Below, in pieces: positions 57,939 through 64,000 of a stretch of 64,000 nt of DNA (the first letter of the stretch is position 1; every line of letters begins with the position of its first letter). The DNA lies in NCBI GenBank assembly GCA_964486045.1, contig CAZALK010000004.1, forward strand, positions 224,001 to 288,000, given 5' to 3'. Position numbers and translations under genes: made by a program. This DNA comes from an uncultured archaeon (GTDB taxonomy: Archaea; Asgardarchaeota; Lokiarchaeia; Sigyniarchaeales; SOKP01). A model generated the notes under the pieces. It saw nothing but the letters and a program-made list of their open reading frames with translations, made no database searches and was not told where the DNA came from.

Positions 57939-60900
57939 TCAGAATGAGCTTAAAATGTTCCGATAATTTTTAATTTTCTTCTGAGGAGCATCTGTACCAG
58001 TTAATCTTTTATACTCATCTGATATATATGCTTGCATATCACTATATTTGACGGTATAAGGAACAACAATCAGATCAACCCCATTCTTTTTGCAGAGTTC
58101 TACCTTTAATTTATCATTTTGTTGAATTCTCTGTAGTCTTTTTAATGCAACATCCCTACTTAATTTATAAACCTTTATATGGAACTCTAAATCATAATGT
58201 TGAGGACCGTTATACTCAATTGCTAACCTCAACTTTTCGTTGTAACCATCTAATTCAAGTAATCCACCAACCCCCTGTAACCATTTCACTGATCCCTTAG
58301 GATATTTTCTAAATCTTGCATTAAAAATATACTTCATATAAGCACGCGAAAGCATTTCTGGCTCCGTGTCTTTAGAATGTCTATTTATGAAATTCCTTAT
58401 GATTCGGGATGCTTTTTGTTGGATACTAACTAAATCATCATGACTGATTGCATAATGTGTGATTTTTTCAAATTCAGTGGTCGTTAAATCTTCTATATTC
58501 TGAATCATTCTTGTTAAAGTTTCAAGAGCAGGATTAGTATAAACTCGCTGTCCAAAAAAGCTTTCAAATAGATTATATCTATGACCATAAAGTAATAAAG
58601 ATAGAGCAATTCGTGATTTTAATGAACCTTGCGGAAATAAGGCTATCAATCTGCCAACTAACTTTCCACGAGGTGTATGGGAAATCTCTAAGGGAACTAA
58701 ATCATTAGCAGAAACTGTAGCAAAAAAGATGTCAAATGATTTAATAAATGAATCGTATACATTATGGGCTTGTAAATCTTCAGAATGCTTAGATTTCAAT
58801 TCACCAAATAACTTAGCATATATTGATGGTGTAATCCCACGGGAAGCGTCACTTCTCATTAAAGATAAAGTCGCTGAAAAAGCTACTTTAAATTTCTTCT
58901 CAAAAATTCTAACTGATTGCTTATCTATGATCTTGGCTTTATAAAAAATCAAAGCTAAACTTCGTGATAGTGTTAAAAGAGGTAAATAGCTAGGATTCTC
59001 TATAGTCTGGTAAACCGGTGTTTCATAATATTCTGTAAAGACATCCAAAATATCTAAAATATCGTCAAAGTGATTTTTTTCCTCTATTACTGATTTTTGG
59101 TACAATTTCAACTTAGCAATTGATAATAAATCAAAGAGAAATTTCTCTGTTACTTTTTCAAGATTTCCCTTTCCAATTTGGTATCTTGTAGCAGTAAAAT
59201 AATTCTCATTGACTTCGAAAAAATTTGCAAGTTGAGTGTCAAAAAAATCAATACCAAACACTTCAGATAATTTATCCTTTAACCGAGAGGTGAACCTGTT
59301 ATAAGCATTTAGACTTACTTTCCGGCCGTTATAACGTATCAATTTATTCATAAATGCCTCTGTAGCGGTAAACATTCGACTCAGCGCTTTAATCAATTTA
59401 GGATTAGGTAGGACTGCCGCACCGCTAACTTGTCCAACCGGGAGGATTTGTTCGTTTGGATCGTTAAATAGATAAAACTTTCCATCAATAACAACTCCAT
59501 CCTCGAGATTGTTAGGGACAGGACTTAATTTTCCATCGTCTGTTATGTCCTGCATCACATCAGAAATACCTACCATATCAAGATCAGAAATAATTTTTGC
59601 AGATTCACTTGATGATGATTGAACCACTATATTATGAATAATGGTTTTATGTATCTTGAAGCTCTTGGAGAACGTCTTAATCGCTGAAAATCCGGCAACA
59701 AGTGTGCCACTGAAGAACATCGGTCCGCCAATGCCGACAAGTGCAGCCCCGAGTACAAGGGAGGCTCCGGTCTTTATTATAGAGCTCCATTGGGGTTTTA
59801 TTTTGATGTGAGATTCTCTTTCGCTAATTGTCTCTAGAGCAGCTTTTTCTGCTGAAATCTCATTAGTTATGTGGCGTTCGGACACTAAATTTTGAGTGTT
59901 CGTTTGGGTGTCTCCGAATAGGAATTGGGACATCGGACCTGTGATAGACTCACGTCCTCCTTCTACGAGGCTATTAATAAACACCTGCATGAAAATATCC
60001 AGACCTAAGCCTGCAACAAGCTCAGATACGACAATTTCGAGAAGGGGGTCTGTAAAAATTTCTTGCAGTGATTCAAAAATCGGGGATGTAATGAATTTTA
60101 CTAATGTCGTACTAGCTGCCATGCCGGCGATCATAGTTCCAATGGTAGGTCTAATAGCCCACTTAGAAACATCATCTAAAAGGCTTTGTGTAAACGTTGG
60201 AATCATGGCGGCGCTTGCTCCTTTAGTTAAATATTTTGCAAGTTTACCTATACCGAAAGTAGCACCCACAGTAAGAATTGTACTTATTGTAGTTACGAAA
60301 ACGGTATAACACATCTGTGACAAAGTCTCTTGTGTAATTTGAGCGTTTCTGTATTGATAGGTATATTCGAGTATGTTCTGTTCGATAGCTTGCATGGTGG
60401 CAACGCGATTTTCATCTGAATTGGTAGGATCAAGCGCTTGATATTTAGAAACTTTTATCTCGAATACATAAAACACTTCATAGTCGGGATCACCGATGTA
60501 TGCACTTGCCTTAGCTTGAGCATTCGATATTAAGTAAGAATAGACACTGTCGCCAAGAGTTAAGACTCCTGTTGTTTTGCTAAATGAGAATGTGTGGTTC
60601 AGATATGAGCCAACAAATCTATTATTATGAATGTCATTACCGTTCGAGTCTATACCTAAGTATTCATATTGATATACATCTATTTGTTGAATATCGGCAT
60701 ATATCATATGAATTTTATCTTCAGGGATAAGTTCAATATCTTGTGAACTTTCAGTATCAAATATTTTATAAATAGTAAATTGGTCATTTTCAACTGTGGA
60801 GTAGCTACTAGAATCTACAAATATTGGATATTCGTGATAAAATTCGGGTATAGGGAATCCGGTATTTGCACCTGCAAATTGGAAGGTTGGAACAAAAACT

Positions 60901-63900
60901 CCGTCGTTACGTTGCAAGTATGGGTAAAGTTTGTTGTATTCCCCGTTAGTCTCCTTGTTAATTGCGTTTTCTAAACCCATGATAGCATTTGGACTCTGAG
61001 TAGAAGTGAATGAATGTGGCGATAGCCGAGGATCATCGATATCCGAATACCCTGAATAATCACGCGTCTGTATGGCGTAATCAAGCGAAATAGGAAAATT
61101 GGAACCCCAATTTGTCTTCTTCCACCCTTGTGGGGCGAGAATAAGGGCTCCCTTGAAGTCATGGTTGTCGTATTCTAAAAATACATCACTGTACACACCG
61201 GCAGAACTCCCTATGATCATATCAGGGATTGATCCCCCCCATACCCTATCAGCCTCATTTTTGCTCGAGAGGGTAATAGCACCGTCATAATCTTCATTAT
61301 AAAGCGTTTGAGAAGCTACTAGTTGGGTGTTATCATGAGCTTGTTTCATAGCATTGAGAGCGCTGAGAATTGCATACATGAGTATGAAACCCGCGGTGCC
61401 AGTATGTGTTACGATCCCAAACAGAGTTGAAATAAGTGCAGCCCCAACTTGCCATAAAATGTCTTGAACCATTCTACCTTGTATAGATTGAACAAACTGA
61501 CTTGAGGTTATGGCTGAGACCTCTCTCATTAGTGTACTAGTCTCTGTATTATACATTATTTTCCAAACATCATATAATGAATCAGAGAATACATCGTCTA
61601 AGAAATATCCATCGTAAGAATTATAATCCCGCAAAAATACCCTATTTTGAGGCCCAAGGTTTGAAAAATCCCATAATCCGCTAGATGTGGAACTTATAAG
61701 ATGTTTTTCACTAAAGATTTTCTTGTTTGGCTCAAAATGAGAATTGTAATCGTAATCAAAACCTATTGCAAGTACTTTCTCGTCTCTGTTAACGACGAAA
61801 ATAGTGTCGAAAACTCCGTCTTGAGCGCTGGAATAAAACCAATATTCACCGCCAACGTCTACTTTTCTAGGATTTGTTTTCGGATTGCTGTCAATAATTA
61901 CTTTTCCATCATCAGGAATAATTTGGATTACTTCTAAGGTAGAAGATACCTTATCTGACCTTGAGAGAGAATCTGGAATTGATACTGTCTTTTGAACGGT
62001 CAAGATGTTTTCAAAAACTAGTGAGTCGGTAATGGTGGTTTTACTATCAAACAGAGCAGGAACATTGTCGGTAGTATGAGTGAAGCCCAAAAGCTCTTCT
62101 AATGCAGGGGCTTGAAGTGTGAGGTCATTTGATGGATCTTCATCCCCGTTATCGTTAGTAATTACCTTTAAATAAGTATTAGGATCGTATTTTGCAGATA
62201 GCTCATTAGCGAAAGTATCTTCATAAATCCGAACTGAGCTTACTTCGCCATATTCATAATCTCTAAAGGTAAATAAGTGGGATTTAGCAGAAGTCTCAAC
62301 GAAAGAGTCACGCAACTCTGTAATGGTCCCCTCGGGGAACATTTTGGTGCTAAAAACATCATCTAAGAAAAATCCCATGATTTCTGTAGTATATGTAGTC
62401 GTCTCTGAAAATGTACTCGATGCTTCAAATGTGATGTCTTTATCAATAAGCCCATCTAAATCGAGGTCTTTTTGAATAATTACTGTTGTCTTTGTAGTGG
62501 TGCTAGTCGTGGTGGTATTTGTTATTAATGTTCTTCGACCAAAAAGGGTTCCGACCATATAAGGAATACCATTTTTATTTTCTACATAAAATTTATCTCC
62601 AAAAATTGTATTATCACCTGCAATCTCATAATACTTAGTACTTCTTACATCGCTGGTCTTTTGCGTCTCTACGTTAGTTGTCTTTGTCTTGATTAAGGTG
62701 GTATGGAACACAATCTCCCCTGCGGAGTTAACTTCTCCATATTTATAAACATCGTAAATGCCGTCGATGTCAACATCCTGACTTTGTATGACTAACTCGT
62801 GTTCTCCATCAAGGCTAAAATCATAAAGCTCTAGGGCAGTTCGTTTATCATCCTTTCTTGAGAAATTTGCGAAGTCAGTAAGCTGAATATCGTTATTAAA
62901 CTCATATTCTGAAGTTAAGGTATTATAAATAACAAAATTAACATTTCTCACATATTCAAGGTATTCAAAAAGCGAATCATCAGAGCCAACCGCATAATCT
63001 TCCATAAGTAGGAAGTAATCAATATCATTGTATTCGTAATCAACATAGATGCTGTCATTCTTGGTCCAAGCAGGTGGTCCTGATTTATCTTTCCCATTTT
63101 GAAGTAGCCTGAATTGAGTGTAATCAGAATAAGCACCTTCAGTAAAGTTAAGATATACAATAACCTTCTCAAAATTTCTCAAACTAATGCTATTTGGCGC
63201 TTGAATTTGAATCGATTCTCCGTCAGGGAAATTAGAATCTGCTGGATCAAAATCGACCTCAGATTCGTTGAAAAAGAGTCCTTTTATCATCATGATTTCT
63301 AGGTTTTGGGCATCGGAATAATCTTGTGATAAGTCAAATGTATCTGTATCTCCTTCCGAATTATAAGGGAAAATATTCTCAATTGCGATGTGTCGTGCTT
63401 CAAATTCGTTTAGGGATTGATCATATGCGACAGATTGATATTCTTCCAAAATCTCATCGTACCATTCAAAAGTGATATCCATTGTGCTGATATTTACGTT
63501 TGGGGTCTCAATGGTGTGCCATTCGTTCCATGCATTTTGGTCTGCCCATGAAAGGTAGAGGTATCTGAAAGTGTCAATATGAGGATTATAATATTCAAAT
63601 AAGTCTTGAAGATCCGAATCTTGGTCACGGTAGGCATAATAATATTCTTCGTTGTATTGAGGATTCCAAGTAATATCATAAACCCCTGAAGTCGTTTCTT
63701 GACCACTTAAGTGTTCATCAAAATAATACCAATTACCATCACTATCAAATGCATCGAAATAATAAGTCTCGTTTATTGCAGGATCGTCTTGATATAACGG
63801 GAGAAACTCGCTTGCGTCTAGGATTATAGATTCACTATAAATATTCGCATAATCCCCCACATAAAACTTTTCTAAATGGTTATTTTCAAAAATATCGAAA

Positions 63901-64000
63901 ATATCTGAATCGTATAGGGTTGTGTTTTCTTCAAATTCGAATAGAAAAACGGAATCGATTATTAATTCATAGCGTGGGTCGTTGGATGTAATAAGAATGT
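57939..64000 (-). CDS. Giant multidomain protein (5'-partial, >2000 aa) with C-terminal PD-(D/E)XK-like nuclease; polymorphic-toxin-like
   Basis: The frame stays open from 63860 to the window edge. Acidic D/E/Y/T-rich body with DxDxDG motifs, hydrophobic helices, then a basic C-terminus with 'LELDGYNEKLRLAIEYNGPQHY...ND..K...C...G..LI.VPY'. Confidence 0.85.
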   Translation of the reverse strand, partial: ILITSNDPRYELIIDSVFLFEFEENTTLYDSDIFDIFENNHLEKFYVGDYANIYSESIILDASEFLPLYQDDPAINETYYFDAFDSDGNWYYFDEHLSGQETTSGVYDITWNPQYNEEYYYAYRDQDSDLQDLFEYYNPHIDTFRYLYLSWADQNAWNEWHTIETPNVNISTMDITFEWYDEILEEYQSVAYDQSLNEFEARHIAIENIFPYNSEGDTDTFDLSQDYSDAQNLEIMMIKGLFFNESEVDFDPADSNFPDGESIQIQAPNSISLRNFEKVIVYLNFTEGAYSDYTQFRLLQNGKDKSGPPAWTKNDSIYVDYEYNDIDYFLLMEDYAVGSDDSLFEYLEYVRNVNFVIYNTLTSEYEFNNDIQLTDFANFSRKDDKRTALELYDFSLDGEHELVIQSQDVDIDGIYDVYKYGEVNSAGEIVFHTTLIKTKTTNVETQKTSDVRSTKYYEIAGDNTIFGDKFYVENKNGIPYMVGTLFGRRTLITNTTTTSTTTKTTVIIQKDLDLDGLIDKDITFEASSTFSETTTYTTEIMGFFLDDVFSTKMFPEGTITELRDSFVETSAKSHLFTFRDYEYGEVSSVRIYEDTFANELSAKYDPNTYLKVITNDNGDEDPSNDLTLQAPALEELLGFTHTTDNVPALFDSKTTITDSLVFENILTVQKTVSIPDSLSRSDKVSSTLEVIQIIPDDGKVIIDSNPKTNPRKVDVGGEYWFYSSAQDGVFDTIFVVNRDEKVLAIGFDYDYNSHFEPNKKIFSEKHLISSTSSGLWDFSNLGPQNRVFLRDYNSYDGYFLDDVFSDSLYDVWKIMYNTETSTLMREVSAITSSQFVQSIQGRMVQDILWQVGAALISTLFGIVTHTGTAGFILMYAILSALNAMKQAHDNTQLVASQTLYNEDYDGAITLSSKNEADRVWGGSIPDMIIGSSAGVYSDVFLEYDNHDFKGALILAPQGWKKTNWGSNFPISLDYAIQTRDYSGYSDIDDPRLSPHSFTSTQSPNAIMGLENAINKETNGEYNKLYPYLQRNDGVFVPTFQFAGANTGFPIPEFYHEYPIFVDSSSYSTVENDQFTIYKIFDTESSQDIELIPEDKIHMIYADIQQIDVYQYEYLGIDSNGNDIHNNRFVGSYLNHTFSFSKTTGVLTLGDSVYSYLISNAQAKASAYIGDPDYEVFYVFEIKVSKYQALDPTNSDENRVATMQAIEQNILEYTYQYRNAQITQETLSQMCYTVFVTTISTILTVGATFGIGKLAKYLTKGASAAMIPTFTQSLLDDVSKWAIRPTIGTMIAGMAASTTLVKFITSPIFESLQEIFTDPLLEIVVSELVAGLGLDIFMQVFINSLVEGGRESITGPMSQFLFGDTQTNTQNLVSERHITNEISAEKAALETISERESHIKIKPQWSSIIKTGASLVLGAALVGIGGPMFFSGTLVAGFSAIKTFSKSFKIHKTIIHNIVVQSSSSESAKIISDLDMVGISDVMQDITDDGKLSPVPNNLEDGVVIDGKFYLFNDPNEQILPVGQVSGAAVLPNPKLIKALSRMFTATEAFMNKLIRYNGRKVSLNAYNRFTSRLKDKLSEVFGIDFFDTQLANFFEVNENYFTATRYQIGKGNLEKVTEKFLFDLLSIAKLKLYQKSVIEEKNHFDDILDILDVFTEYYETPVYQTIENPSYLPLLTLSRSLALIFYKAKIIDKQSVRIFEKKFKVAFSATLSLMRSDASRGITPSIYAKLFGELKSKHSEDLQAHNVYDSFIKSFDIFFATVSANDLVPLEISHTPRGKLVGRLIALFPQGSLKSRIALSLLLYGHRYNLFESFFGQRVYTNPALETLTRMIQNIEDLTTTEFEKITHYAISHDDLVSIQQKASRIIRNFINRHSKDTEPEMLSRAYMKYIFNARFRKYPKGSVKWLQGVGGLLELDGYNEKLRLAIEYNGPQHYDLEFHIKVYKLSRDVALKRLQRIQQNDKLKVELCKKNGVDLIVVPYTVKYSDMQAYISDEYKRLTGTDAPQKKIKNYRNILSSF

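Noticed and set aside
73-63706. Short overlapping or antisense ORFs in the track (e.g. 73..354, 4070..4327, 5858..6193, 10394..11499 set, 52227..52472, 59896..60309)
   Set aside because: They overlap well-supported genes and show no protein motifs; they are shadow ORFs
63858-63860. GTG at 63860 as the real start of the giant ORF
   Set aside because: The frame is open to the window edge; the true start lies outside the window
1-64000. CRISPR arrays, tRNA/rRNA genes, transposases, integrases
   Set aside because: No regularly spaced repeats, cloverleaf or rRNA-like GC-rich blocks, or recombinase motifs seen by eye; tRNAscan-SE and Infernal would be needed to exclude small RNAs

Overview
AT-rich archaeal DNA, most likely from an Asgard archaeon of the Lokiarchaeia/Promethearchaeota type. 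This is inferred from an archaeal histone, Roadblock- and longin-like domains, small GTPases, a RING-H2 protein, a Loki-typical 'FWAHSSNLQAW...LLHSNLAFPLLKKL' domain and oligo-T terminators. (1) About 1.7-30.5 kb is a dense acyl-CoA/lipid catabolic region: 4 AMP-forming CoA ligases, 4 enoyl-CoA hydratases, a CaiB-type CoA transferase, a thiolase with a DUF35 partner, 2 SDRs, a Zn-ADH, 2 OYE-type flavin reductases, an MBL hydrolase, a radical SAM protein, an MFS transporter and a sulfatase interrupted by one in-frame TAG. (2) About 30.7-57 kb is mixed housekeeping (thioredoxin, thiC, thiD, leuB, ADP-forming acyl-CoA synthetase alpha, histidine kinase, histone) interleaved with eukaryotic-signature-type genes, notably a tandem pair of Roadblock + Rab-like GTPase + degenerate G-domain proteins next to a RING-TPR protein. 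(3) The last 6 kb is the 3' part of a giant gene (>2000 aa, open at the window edge). It has an acidic, extracellular-looking body, hydrophobic helices, an abrupt compositional switch and a C-terminal PD-(D/E)XK-type nuclease, and is followed by a small co-oriented gene. This polymorphic-toxin/immunity-like layout is my best candidate for an undescribed system. Short gene fragments (ECH, SDR, glycyl-radical enzyme) sit in intergenic spaces. I found no tRNA, rRNA, CRISPR array or transposase. All family calls come from recognising motifs by eye, not from database searches.
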